From: Antedon mediterranea
Lineage: Eukaryota; Animalia; Echinodermata
NCBI RefSeq assembly: GCF_964355755.1
Contig: NC_092678.1
Coordinates: 1,442,422 to 1,506,421 of the forward strand
Reading direction: 5' to 3'
Length of the DNA: 64,000 nucleotides
Shown here piece after piece: positions 26,301-39,600 of this stretch. The notes below the pieces were generated by a model that saw only the letters and a list, made by a program, of their open reading frames with translations, made no database searches and was not told the origin of the DNA. The translations under genes and the position numbers were made by a program. Each line of letters opens with the position of its first letter. Position 1 is the stretch's first letter.

Positions 26301-29300
26301 TCTGCTTTGATACGAATTTGAGTAAGATAGGTGCCCTAGCCTCAATATAGCATGAATGACGTAAATATCATTTTCTTTTATACGAATTTGAGTAAGATAG
26401 GTAGTCCCAATGTCATGAATAATGTTAGCTATGTTTTACGGTGTAGCCTACATTGTAAATGTCTCTAGTATTATTGTTTGTGTACATTTGAACATTAGCT
26501 TAATGTATGTCAGGTTAATAACCATTTATGAATGAATTTGGCTTGGCTTCCTGCTTGCTCGCAGCTTCAATGTTTACAGAGGAAAGTAATGTTTATTTTG
26601 GCAAGACAAACGTGTTAAAGTACCCGTATTTCATCTTATGTCGTCTGCTTGCTTGCTCTGAAAATACATGTTACGGTTCACCTAGCCTGAACTTCTAAAA
26701 TTAACAAATATCTGTCGTAATTGTCACCTTTGTTAGAATAAAATAAATGCCAACATGTGTAGTATTAAACAGGCCCTTTTTATGAATAGACCGTAGTACT
26801 AGTGTACTCTACTTTTATACATACATATACATATACATCTATAAAGATGGTACTATAATTTAAGGGTTTTCTTGTGTAATTTATTTTAAAAGAAAATAAA
26901 ACTATATCTCATTCTCAACCTTATTTTACCTCCATGTTCCTATAACAATTTTAATTGTATTTGAGGACGTAAATCTCTTTAATGTTTTGTTTTACAAAAT
27001 TCGTTAGTCTTGTATAATTTTAAAATTTTAAAAAATGTCGATATTTATTGGAGAAAAAATCCTCCTGATGTAAAGTAGGCCTTGTTTTTTAAATAAAGGA
27101 AGCGTGCTTCAAAAATGTGTTTGACCTATCCGAGCCCTCCTTAGAAACTGTCATCACTTTGAAATCATAAGCATAAAGTATTGTCAGCTGCTTTGCTTCC
27201 ATCCTACGATAAGTTACTATTGTAACTTGAGGCGTTGGTTGTACTATGGAGGTATTTATACCTTCATGGTTGTACCAACTGAAATCACATAGTAAATTCC
27301 AATTAAATATATCATATAGTCAGACGGATAGGTAACCGACGGCCCTTACGTATAGACCCTCGTTTATAATGCTTACGGAATTTTAAAAGAAATTCAGTCC
27401 GTGAACGCGCACATTATTGGTAACTCGTATTCCTACGTATATGCTATACTATATTCCCTTCAATTACCTTCAGATATTATTAATCATCCCACTGGTGTAC
27501 TAAACGTAATTATTACGGTATTTCACATTAATCGTTAAAATGGAGTCCTCCTTTGTGACAGCCTTATTCAAGGGACACCTCTATTAAAGGGACGCTTTTT
27601 CGTGAAACGAACGAGGGGAAACATGTTGTTTTAAAACTATACGGTCAATCTCTATTCAGTAGACACACTTATTCAGGGGACACCTATAAATGGACGCTTT
27701 TTCGTGAGACGAACAAGGAGTATACGTCCAACCTTATTCAAGGACACTCCTATTCAGGGGACACCCCTAAGGGAACACGTTACCCCTGCTAAGCGGGCAT
27801 TTTGTTCTACAGTGCTTACATTGTTTACACAATGTTATTGATAAAAGAAACATAACAGATCTACACAACCTACAATATAAGTGCTATTATACTTTTTCGA
27901 AACAAATTTGTGTTTGCATTGTCAAACTGAAAAAAAGACTTCATTTTTTGTCGAAACAAGGCTGAAATTACATAATTCATGAAAATAGTGTTTAGTTGTC
28001 GTCATTTAAACTATAGTGAATATATATATGTCAGTGTTCGTATTGTTCTCAAATAACAGAAAAAACATAGAAAACTGTCAAAAACGTTACTAAATAGCCT
28101 TCACCTTCAATTATACTTTTAAAAATAAACTTTTTTTTTTATGACTGTATAGATTTTCGATGATAGCATAAGTATTAACTCGATACCAAGGTTATGTCGG
28201 CCCATTATTCCAGCTTTTAACATTTTGTGTTTGTAGACAATATAATATACTAGATACTTTCATGGCAGTGTATTGTATGCACGTGGATAAAACATAATAC
28301 AATGTATATGTTGATTGACGTGTAGTATTGTTGAAAACAATTTGTCAAATTCTGTAAACGTTTGATTTGTTAGGTTGTATTCAGATTGAGGTCATGACCC
28401 GCAGGTACACTACACATTATAAGTGGTTTCAGTAACATATTTGGTTGTAAATTACGATATTTTTGTATTTGGGCTTTCACCGGGCTGTATCGCATTACCG
28501 ACTGAAATAATACGATTCGTGTGAATCTGAATACTCGATACCATATTAAATTACGGGTTTTAAATTGTTGTAAATTGCCCGTGGTCAGTGTGAACACAAC
28601 TTTAGATCCAAAATAAGTTCAGGCGTGATGATCTTGTTTTCCGTTGAGTATTGCATTCATCGAGATACAATAATACGTGTTAGAAATAATAAGGTTGTAT
28701 TGGTTTAGGTTGATACTGTGGTATAAATGTCAAACATAGGTCATAGGTCATAGGTCACGTTTAACAGAATTGTACTGCTAATACAGTAGAACTCCACCTG
28801 GGAGTCGAGACACGCCCATTTATGGAACACTTTCTTGAAAAACAAACGAGGAGAAATAATGTTTTAATGCCTAGGCCTACACGTTTATGATAAAATTGAG
28901 ATCTAGACTCACCTCACCTTGAACCCAATTTGTTGATATTGGAAATTTCATCCCCAAAATTGTGTTAGTGTAAATAGGGCATAATAAGTATCATTTTACA
29001 GTTGCACTTTTAAGTATATTATATATTTGTAACATTTATATAATACTTAGGTATATTAATTACTTACCCCTGGTGGTGCCTGCCACTTGAACCTCAGGGA
29101 GTTTTGATGTTCTGGCAGTGTCAGCTGTGACTCACTTGTTAGTAGGCCTTTATATCTACCTTGATTCACAAGTTGAAAATCCGTTGTTGATCCTGTAAAC
29201 GGAATAGAAATTTAGGATTTAATTATTTTATCAATGACGGAATAGTATAGATAGGAATAGTTGGGGGTAAGTTCCCTAGATTTCAACAAATCAATATATT

Positions 29301-32300
29301 GGTAGAACTATAGGAAGAGAGGAACCGTAGTACCACTTGTCGAAACTCGAACCATTATCAATTATTAAGCACTGTCTACACTCCAAACTAGTTTGTGCGA
29401 TGTTCCCAAATATGATAGTGATATGCCCAAATATGGTATTGATATGACATCATCATGTCGATATATATGAGCACATCACATTTTTGTCACATAAAGTTTA
29501 ATAGTGTAGACAAGACTTTAGACAAGATTAATCAGCAAACAAAATGTTTGCTTTTCAGTCTGCAAGGGAATCATTAAACATTTTTGAAATAATCTTTTAC
29601 GCGCACGATGATATTTCAAATCATACATTGAATCAAATCTCCTAAGAAGTTGACAGCTGTCATAATACAAGGTCACTGTTGAAATGTCATAATTAACCCT
29701 TCGATTAACTGAGTCATGTACTGTTCTAAAAATAAGAAACTTAGCGGCTTCAGTACATAATTTAATATCCATATTCAAATCGTTGTGTTTTTAATATATT
29801 AACGTGATTTTTTCCAACAACTGGTCGGGTTGAATTACTGTCAGACTCATTCATCAAGATACGATGTATGGGCTAAGAAACTGTAGGCCTATTATTACAC
29901 GTTGTGTCCAATGTTCTAGAATAATATGGAAAGCCAACCTCGCCAAAAATACATATTACAAATCATACACCATTTTTGGTGGGTTCGGCTTCCCATAGTA
30001 TAGACTATGAAAGTTCACCGAATATAATTTCTAAACAGTGTTTTATAATTTACTTTGGGCACAATACAACAATAGCATATATTATTAGTACAATCCGAAA
30101 CTATGTGACCTCTTAGGCTTGTCAAAAGTGAGACCAGTGAGAAATCAATAGAACTCCTACTTTGAGACACCCCCATTCAGGGGACACCCCCATTCAGGGG
30201 ACACCCCCATTCAGGGGACACCCCTATTCAGGGGACACCCCCATTCAGGGGACACCCCCATTCAGGGGACACCCCCATTCAGGGGACACCCTTATTAATG
30301 GAAGCTCAATGTTTTAATGGCAGACTCATGGGACATCCCTATTACCGATAGTTTCTGCCTTAACATATAGATAATAGGGGAAAAAATGCTACCGGGACAT
30401 GTTGGGTCCCGGAGTTGGTGTCCTCTTATAGAGGTTATAATATATTGTAATTATAAATTGTTAATTTTCATCTTCTCGGACAGACGGCAGTGTCGGATAT
30501 ATCCACTTCCTACAATTCGGACACTTATCGGAAGTACTGTATTAACCTCAAAATACCTTCATGTTCTATATGTCTGATTTTATTGAAATGGTATTAAATA
30601 TAATATCATATCCGCTTTGTAGGTCAATTGACTCTCTTTAATTTACCGCCATATTGCTACTTGATACTAATGAGAAAGCTGTATTTGACAGAATTGGGAT
30701 TCGCGTGGATCCATTCGTGAATGAAGTGGTGCTAGGTCATACCACCACACCCAGCTGCATTCACCCTTCACTTTGTAGCTGCCTCGCGGGCGAGTCTGTC
30801 CTCCCAGAAAATTGTAAAATCATGCTATCGAGGAAAGTGAATATAATTATTTTAATCTGAAATATTGATTACATTCGCACAGTATATCTCCTGTTTCTGG
30901 ATGGCATCGTGGACAAATAAGTCAAACAGGCCAGTCTTTCGTCAAACGATGTCCACTTTCAATTTCCTTCTATTGACCTTATAAAGGTCCATGGACCAAC
31001 GAGAAAAAGTACTGGACACTGGCTGCACGACATGCAGTTGTCCTTATTGAAGAATCTAGTCCAAGCCTCTGATAAGCGCTTCAGATCAGTACACTCCTTT
31101 CTGGCACACCTATTCAGGAGATACACCCTTATTAAGGGACACTTTGTTGTTCTACAAACATATTAAAGTTCACTATAATATCTCTATTTTATTTTATGCT
31201 GAATATTTTTATTATAGTATTAGCACCTTATACAAATACTAAATGTCGGCACATCCCGAAGAATATGGCATTCACTAATACACATTAGGGCACAAAGGTT
31301 AATGTCTTTCTTATGGCTATTCATAACATATTGCATTCCCGTATAAATTTTCTTATCTCTTGTCGTGTCAACATTCGTTGAAATCTTTGTGTATTTTAAA
31401 AACCAAACATGGAGTGTATATCTCTTAACCCATGCCCTCTCGGTAAGCTTTGTTTGCATTTTGTCTCTCCAACAGGTAGGCCTACAGTTAGGCCTAGGCC
31501 AATACGTCATTTGTATCAATTCAATCGGTAACACATTCACTGACTTTATTCTATTTCTTACTGACACGACAAACTTGACAATACAGTCGAACCCTTTGGG
31601 GCACCCCTATTCAGAGTACACCTCTATTATTAATGAGAGGACACCTCGATATGGACACCCCAATTAGGACACGTTGTTGGGCCCCGAAGATGTCTCCTTA
31701 ATGTTAATACTGGGTACTATGTAGTCACCAAACGGCCAACTCCTGTCCAATTAGAGGACACCTCAATATGGGACACCCCAGGACACGTTGTTGGGCCCTG
31801 AAGATGTCTCCTTAATGTTAATACTGTGTATTATGTAGTCACCAAACGGCCAACTCCTGTCCAATTAGAGGACACCTCAATATGGGACACCCCAATTAGG
31901 ACACGTTGTTGGGCCCCGAAGATGTCTCCTTAATGTTAATACTGGGTACTATGTAGTCACCAAACGGCCAACTCCTGTCCAATTAGAGGACACCTCAATA
32001 TGGGACACCCCAGGACACGTTGTTGGGCCCTGAAGATGTCTCCTTAATGTTAATACTGTGTATTATGTAGTCACCAAACGGCCAACTCCTGTCCAATTAG
32101 AGGACACCTCAATATGGGACACCCCAGGACACGTTGTTGGGCCCTGGAGATGTTTCCTTAATGTTAATACTGGGTATTATGTAGTAATTCAAAATTAAAA
32201 GGACATTCAAGCTGCCCCATTTTACAAGATCCCCAGTGACGAGGTCCTATATAGACATTGAGCCTTTTCAGAATTTTGAGGTAATTATTTTTCTCATCTC

Positions 32301-32773
32301 TGTCTCTAACAAAGGCGTAGTGTTGTAAACGGCACGGGATTCCTTATACCTTCATAATAATGATGATCAATGTATTGAAACTATATAAAGTGACTGGCGT
32401 ACAGTGGACACAAATCACACATTGGGACACGTCAGGGGCGGAGGGGGGGGGGCGGGGGTTGTCCTTGTAATCAGTGAGATGTAAATGCTTTAATAGGGGT
32501 GTCTCCTGAATTAGAGTGTCCCAAAACCAACGGAGGAGTTATACTTACTTAACTTTAAGTTCTCGGAATTGATTACTATACTGTTTCAGTAATATTTGAG
32601 ACAAAATACGCAACTGTTTAGTACGGTTGTATTATAAATCTTAGATGCTTACCCGAGATCTTGCGCATTTCTTTTCCTTCAATCCATAATTCCAAGGTGT
32701 CATTATCCAGAGCTCCAGATGGACATAGAAGCAGCGAATATATGACAAGCAGCGCAACAGCGCTGGCTAGCAT
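11368..32773 (-). CDS. WIF1: Wnt inhibitory factor 1 / Shifted-like secreted protein (signal peptide, WIF domain, 3 EGF repeats, basic tail); 8 exons, ~299 aa
   Basis: Minus-strand exons: 32773-32653 (signal peptide, LELWIEGKE), 29192-29068 (..SLRFKWQA), 17627-17522 (YKYSIDQL..PYLSIPHAGDVPH), 17165-17028 (FQLWLPC..NKRC), 15301-15197, 14658-14563, 12336-12241 (EGF repeats such as CFNGGTC..PGVCSC), 11480-11368 (Lys/Arg-rich tail, TAA). Phases consistent. Confidence 0.85.
11960..12135. repeat. Degenerate TTTTCGGCATACTGG-type short repeats, probable DNA transposon remnant
   Basis: Repeated TTCGGCAT(A/T)CTGGT units. Explains the ENQYAE/AYWFS ORFs. Confidence 0.55.
14755..15114. repeat. 23-bp purine-rich minisatellite in a WIF1 intron, ~15 copies
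   Basis: Unit GATAGAAAGAAGAAAGTTCCGCA. Confidence 0.95.
20484..20606. repeat. 41-bp tandem repeat x3
   Basis: ATCGAGACAGGGCTATTGAGGATTAA(G/C)CAAACAGTAATCAT at 20484, 20525, 20566. Confidence 0.9.
24893..25420. repeat. Compound minisatellite (18-22 bp TTGATAAAA.TGAAC units building a ~60-bp higher-order unit)
   Basis: TTGATAAAATGAACATAC x5 and TTGATAAAACTGAACTCAC x3, then a ~60-bp period from 25190 to 25410. Confidence 0.9.
30164..30292. repeat. 17-bp tandem repeat within MITE family C
   Basis: CAGGGGACACCCCCATT x~7. Confidence 0.9.
31637..32185. repeat. ~115-bp tandem repeat, ~4.5 copies, derived from MITE family C
   Basis: GAGGACACCTCAATATGGGACACCCC..GGACACGTTGTTGGGCCC..GTAGTCACCAAACGGCCAACTCCTGTCC repeated. 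Confidence 0.9.
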
Positions 32774-33010
32774 ATTCGCCGCTTTCCTAAAACTACACAG
32801 TCGCACGGAAACGTTTATAAAAATCCCAAGTTAAAAAAAGACTCGTTTGATGATACCACAAAAGAAAAATAGAAATGGGCCTGTTTCTATTCTAGAGCGT
32901 CTCGCATAACGCCTCACTGGTTATCAAAGTAGGTGTACGTGTTATATCGTTGTATGTTGTCTACTAACTTTTTTGATTGATATCTAGTTAAGTTATATGG
33001 AAAGCTAAAT

Positions 33011-33026
33011 CCACCGGAGGGCGCTG
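33011..33026 (+). promoter_or_regulatory. CTCF-like motif between the divergent WIF1 and CCDC66 starts
   Basis: CCACCGGAGGGCGCTG, one mismatch from the CTCF core CCASYAGRKGGCRS. It is a GC-rich island in AT-rich surroundings. Confidence 0.5.
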
Positions 33027-33623
33027 TGGAACTGAATAGAAAACTAACTGGCCTGTTTTAGATATTCCTCTGTTTTAAATTAATATTGGTACTGTATTTA
33101 AATGTGTCCATTATCATAGCAAAACGCCGTAATACAACATTCCATGTGTTTCAATAACCAATCATAAATCTTGATTTAAAAGAAATGTCGATTTTATTAT
33201 ATTCAGTTGTCATCGCATCTGTCATTTAAACTTGATATAAATTCATATTACATAGGTTTAATCATGGAGATACATTAATTCAATAGCTCCATGATTTAAA
33301 GTACCGTTGGTATTTAATATACTATTTTTAAAATCGTTTTAAGCGTTTTTAGAAACAATGAAAGAGGACGATTTAATTTATACTAGGCATCGATACCGAC
33401 CTCTATAGTATTACTTCGGCCATATGTATTCGATTATACTTAATTGTTTTTTTTTGTTTTACAATCCGACCAATCGAACTCAATATGACACATATTTTTG
33501 ACTGTAAAATTTACAGTCGTTTGTTAAGTTGACAACACAAAAACAAATTGTTCTGCTTGTAGGGTTGCTATGAAAGGTGCTTCTACAATAAATAATAGTA
33601 AATGGTGTACGATGAAATAAACA

Positions 33624-36600
33624 ATGAATAACAGGTTTGTAATAGGTTTATAGAAATAATATACGGTATTTTGTGAAGTGAAATTGCATTTTAATTGATT
33701 GGTTTTTGGCTAGGCCTAGTGATGGCATTGGTTTGTCGTTGAATTCTGTCTGTCCGACGGACTCCGAGGTGCTCGTGACTGCATAAATTGGCTAAGATGA
33801 GGGGCTTAGGATTTTAGGCCTAGCTGAGTAGGCCTAGTTATAATACTTTGCAGACTTACTTTTCTCATAGACGTAAGGTCTATGCTAGTACTAAAACATT
33901 GAAATAATTTTGGTAATTGATTATAACATGCCTACAACATTACAAATACATGATGATGTACAATTATTAATAATAATAATTATGTTTGACCATTCATGAT
34001 GATGGAGGAGCCTTTGACAAATAGGAGTCGTTTCTCTAGCTTATCAAACTACACAATCTATTTAATTCAAAATATATTTTTTGTTTTTATCTTTTAGAGA
34101 AGGAGCAAGAATCGCTGCTAAGTCAAAGTCTGGTCAAGTTGGTATTTTCATGTTCAAAGGTATGGTGGTGTTTTTATTTAGAATACATACATTTAGATAT
34201 AAACATTATAACAATATTTAATAATAATTATAATACAATTATATATAAAATTAATTAATCAAGTTTTTTGTTACTGAACATACAATTATATTAACACATT
34301 TGTTTTAATTTTTTATCTTTTTAGAACCAGAAAAGAGAAAAAAGAAGGTACATAATTTGAGTTTATATATTCAGTAATCAAGAGATAAAACAATTACAAA
34401 AAACAAATGTGAAAAACAGTGATTATAATTTATAAAAGAACAGTCCTTGATTACAAGGAATGCCGAGAAAAGTTAAAAACTAATTTCTACTTTGGTCCTT
34501 AAAACAGAAATACTAAAAGGTTCATCCCCTTTTCTTATTGACTGAGACTTTGATTTGACTTAAAAACAATCAGTTATATAATTGTAAATGTCTAATGTGA
34601 TAATGCTTTTTACATTCATAGTTTTCTATATGATAATATAATAATAGATAATTATTTTTATATACTGATTATATAATGTTAATTTTTTTACATTCATAGT
34701 TTTCCTATAAATCACGGTCCCAGGGATTTTCTGTGAGAAAGGTCCAAACCACCAGCGAGAATGCTGCAGGAACTGCACCCAAAAAAGCACACTCTCAAAC
34801 GCGGTTGAAAGATCCGGGACCACCGACTAAGAAAGACGCATCAAAGAAGCCAATAAAAAGCAATAATAATTCGGCCAAAACTAAATCCGTCAAATCACGG
34901 AATATTAATTTTGTTGAGAATAATAAACTTCTTCAGAAGAAGAAATCGGCGGAGACTGCGAATACTGTGACTCTCACGCAAGATCAGCTTACGAAGATTT
35001 TACAGACATTTGGTGGGGAAAATGCGTCTCTAAAAATTGGTACGTATTATATGCCTCATTGGTTTTCGGTTGGTTGTGTAACGTCTGTTTAATTTAACTT
35101 CAGTGATAAGACAAAGGGACACTAATAAATTGTACCAAGGTATACTGGTTTTCTGATATTAATGATGTGTTCATTTTTGTAGGACTGCGGCATTTTTTAT
35201 TGCTATGTGAGGAAACATGTTACCATATAATAGTGCTATTGTATCCCATGTGTCCCACAATGATCCAATCAAATGACAGGAATTTATTTAGGTGTGGATG
35301 TAATAATTATTGAGTATAATTTTAATTATTTAAATTGCCTCTTATTTGATGTATCCTTACAATATTCAACTTTGTTTCTCTGTTGTAGAAAATGGTGATA
35401 TTAAAATTGAAGACTTATCAAATAAGCAAAATGAAATAGAAACAAAGTTACAAACTGATGAAAATAGAAATATACAGGATTCAATAGATGACACACCAAG
35501 TACAGAAAATGTAGCCAACGACATTGTATCAAATCAGAACAACGAAGAATCGCATGTTAACCATGCCGGAGAGGGCAACATGACACATTATAAAACAGAG
35601 GATGTTGAACATAGAACTGAGAATGTTAAAAATGTATTATCTCCACGGTTCAACCTTGGTGATATCGGGGGTTCAATTGGTATCAGTGGTTTTAATGATA
35701 AAGATGACGCAGCCAGAAGAAGAAGAGAATGGAAAGAAGAATTAGGTATTTGCTTTCTGTTTTATTTATTTATTTCTGTTCAATAGATATAAATGAAACT
35801 AGAGATACTATGTTCAAGAACATAAACACAGTCAGAGGAATACCATTAAAATGATGATAGTTTTCATGAGGGTAATAAATGTTACATTTACGTTACTCTT
35901 TAGTTTAACACGATGTGTACTAGTAATAGGTATCACAAAGAAGCCATCGGCAAGGAAACAATATTAAACTAGAGATACTATGTTCAAGAACATAAACACA
36001 GTCAGAGGAATACCATTAAAATGATAATCAATTACGAGTGGCCTAAAAGAAACATTCAATTTAAATATTTAGGTTTAATTTGTAAAAAAAAAAATATTTT
36101 ATATTTTGTAGACAAACAACTTGCAGAGAAGCAGAAAGAGAAGGATAGAATGAAGAAACTACGTCTGAGTGGGGACAGTGCTGGTCAGTGGAATCCATGG
36201 GGTCTAAGTGACAGTGGAGGTAGGGGACAAAAGAAAGTGGACAACACAACAATACCACAGGTCAAGGTAGGTTTTCTTGAATATGTTTTATAAAGTCTCC
36301 TTAGATCTGAATATCTTAGAATCTGCGGTCTGAGAGGAGACAGCAGATAAAATGTACTCTCAATAATGAATTGGCTTGGTGATTGGGTGCGTTAGAGTAA
36401 AACCACATTTTCAAATAGTCCTTTCCATGCCAAGTTAAAATGCTGTGTTATTTTTTATAATGCCTTTTTAACCCATAGAGAGCATTTCTTTTGATTCCCA
36501 TACATAAACGCTTCATTTGTCCTGAACCTAACCCTGTTACTTAAGCATATAATAGAATTACTACATAATCTTGTATATTTTGATATTTAGAATGGTGTTC

Positions 36601-39600
36601 CTGAAAAGACAAGTAACCAGAACAGTAAACCTGAAATAGCACCCTCCTCAACTACCATGAATCAGTCGTACAATCAGGCTAACACTCCTGCAGCTATGAG
36701 GAGCTCATTTTCTTTTGGGGTAGGTTTAGATTTTATGAAGAAAAGTATTGAAACTGTTACTAATTCATAGCCTACATTAGCAAACTTGGTTTGGCAAGAA
36801 AATTGTCTAATGTTTGCCAGTGTACAGAAGTAAAAACCTAAACCTCAACAAACTAGTCTCGGGTACAGTAACTGAGACTGTAGCTTTAAAGAACTGAACT
36901 TGAAAGAAAGTTTGCACAAAGAAGTTTACAAGTGTTCTGATATAACTACAGTAGTTTTGAATAACTGAACTCGAAAAACAGTTTTCAAACAAAAGTCTGA
37001 TAGTGTAGACTTTAAAGCTTAGATTCCACAATCGCTCGTTTTATACTTTTTTGTACATTTTCAAATATTTTTTTTTTTGCAGAACTATTCTGATGAAAAT
37101 GCTGCAATAAAACAGAAAGAAAAGAAGGCGTGGCTTCAAGAATTAGGTATGTTGCGATATTTATTATAGCTTACCCACAATTCCATGTTGCAATGTGCTG
37201 AAGATGCATACCAAGAATAACTTACAGTTCATAGTTCACACAAATCTTTTGTTCTACATAGTCTAAAGCTCTGTTTACACTATCAAACAAATCATAAAAA
37301 TGTGATGTGCTCATATGGACATGATGTAATATCACTACCATATTTGGAAATATCACTACCATATTTGGGCACATAAAACTTGTTTGTCCAACTAGTTTGA
37401 TAGTGTAGACAGAACTTAATATAAGCAATGAATAGGGAATATTGATGTTTTAAAAAATTATTATTTTTTTATATCTTTTTGATAGAAAAACAAAGACAGG
37501 AGGATAAAACGAGACAAACGCAACAGAAGAAACTGCGTGAAAGCGTCAACACGGATGAAAGTTACTGGGCAAAACAAGTGCCTGCCGTGAAAAGTAGCGT
37601 GTCATTTCAGAATACGAAGGACGACACAGCGACAGGAGATGAAGAAACAACTCTTGCCAGATCTGTGACATCTCAAAGTGATCCTGCTGGGACAACAGCT
37701 CCCATTAACAGTATTATAAGCCCAAGAGGAGACACAAAAAACACTATAATAACACCAAGAGGGTACGTACTGTCTGTGAAATAATAATAATAATAATGAT
37801 AATAATGTTATATAGCGCCTAAAGCTCTGTCTACACTATCAAACTAGTTTGAAAAAAGTGTGATAAATATTGTAGTGATATGCTTAAATACGGTAGTGAT
37901 ATGACATCATCATTTCCCTATATATAAATACATAAAGTTTGATGGTAAACTAATTTGATAGTGTAGACAGAGAATAAGGTTGTAGTGATATGCTTAAATA
38001 CGGTAGTAATATGACATCATCATTTCCCTATATATAAATACATAGTTTGATACTATAGTAACTAATTTGATAGTGTAGACAGAGAATAAGGTTGTAGTGA
38101 TATGCTTAAATACGGTAGTAATATGACATCATCATTTCCCTATATATAAATACATAAAGTTTGATAGTAAACTAATTTGATAGTGTAGACAGAGAATAAG
38201 GTTGTAGTGATATGCTTAAATACGGTAGTAATATGACATCATCATTTCCCTATATATAAATACATAAAGTTTGATAGTAAACTAATTTGATAGTGTAGAC
38301 AGAGAATAAGGTTGACCTTTTACGGTTTTCGTATCTTTACAGGCATCAACGAGGGCAGTGGACTTTAACAGATCCAGCTGAAAAGGAGAGACAGGATAAA
38401 GCTCGTAGTAAACATTTAGAACATATAGTAAGTCGGATCTTGAGGTCATAGGTCATAACGCATAGTAAGTGGGATTTTTGTCATGAAATCCTGATGGTTG
38501 ATTCTCTGCATATAGTGTGGTAGTGGTTAACATACCTTCCAATCCCAAGGTCTTCGGTTGAATCCTAAACTAGTGATAGGGTTGTCTTTCTACACCACTC
38601 CCTAAGCTTCAAATGAGACTTAGTTTATAAGCACAATTTAGTTTATCCATCCTGTAATTCCTGTTGGATGTATGATATTTTAAACAATTCAAATATTGCA
38701 TTTCGTTCCTAAAGGAAGCTGTGAAGGCCCAGGTGGAAGAGAAGCAAAGAATAAAGAGAGAAGCGATAGAAAAAAAGAGGAAAGAAGACAAAGAGGAAGA
38801 AGAAAAACTTGAAAAAGAACGAGAAAACTTGCAGAAACAATTTGAAATGGAAGCTCAAAAGCAGAAACAAAAAGAAGTAAGTCAATCTCTTTGTAACGTA
38901 TTAAATATTTTCACTTGAATAATTGATGTACTCACTGTTACTACCACTGTACTACTGCTAATGATAAAAAGGAGTGTTCTGTTGTGTTAGTACCACAATT
39001 TACAAATTTATTTTATTTCTTGTTTAGTGTCTTTTTAGCTGCCATGTTCTACAACTGTTTAATTCAATTAAATTTAAACTTATTATTTTTACTGGGTGAC
39101 CTCTTCAGCCAAATACTTCCAAAGTGCCCAGTAGATAATCAACATTTTTTACTGTGTACTCTAAAGTCCACTCTATATAGATAGGACCAACAGCCTTACA
39201 TCCCATCCAAATGACCCAGTACATGGCTATGATTAGCACAACAGGAGATGACCCTCTACTCTTTTCATGTACCAAGTTCTTTATTATGCATTCTACATAT
39301 GGCACGGGAAGTTCTCGAACCCACACCTCTCACATGCCAGTCCGATACCACCAGCCATTATGTCATACAGCGCTCTCTAGTAGTGTATTATATATTTCCT
39401 CTTTAGTTGGATGCATTAGCCAAGCATCAAGCGTTAGTTGAGAGTATGCAACAAGCTTATGAAGAATCTATGAGGTTAAAACAAGAAAAACGCATGAGAC
39501 ACCTAAAGAATACATCACCAGTACAAACCAACCAACAACACAACGAAGGTATTATCATATCATATTGTATGGTTATTTTATCTTTTAGAAAGACCTCAAG

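Noticed and set aside
33866-33884. Hairpins CATAGAC..GTCTATG and CATAGT..ACTATG (~29994) as further micro-inserts
   Set aside because: No flanking direct repeat is visible, so they are not counted with the CATGGAG sites.
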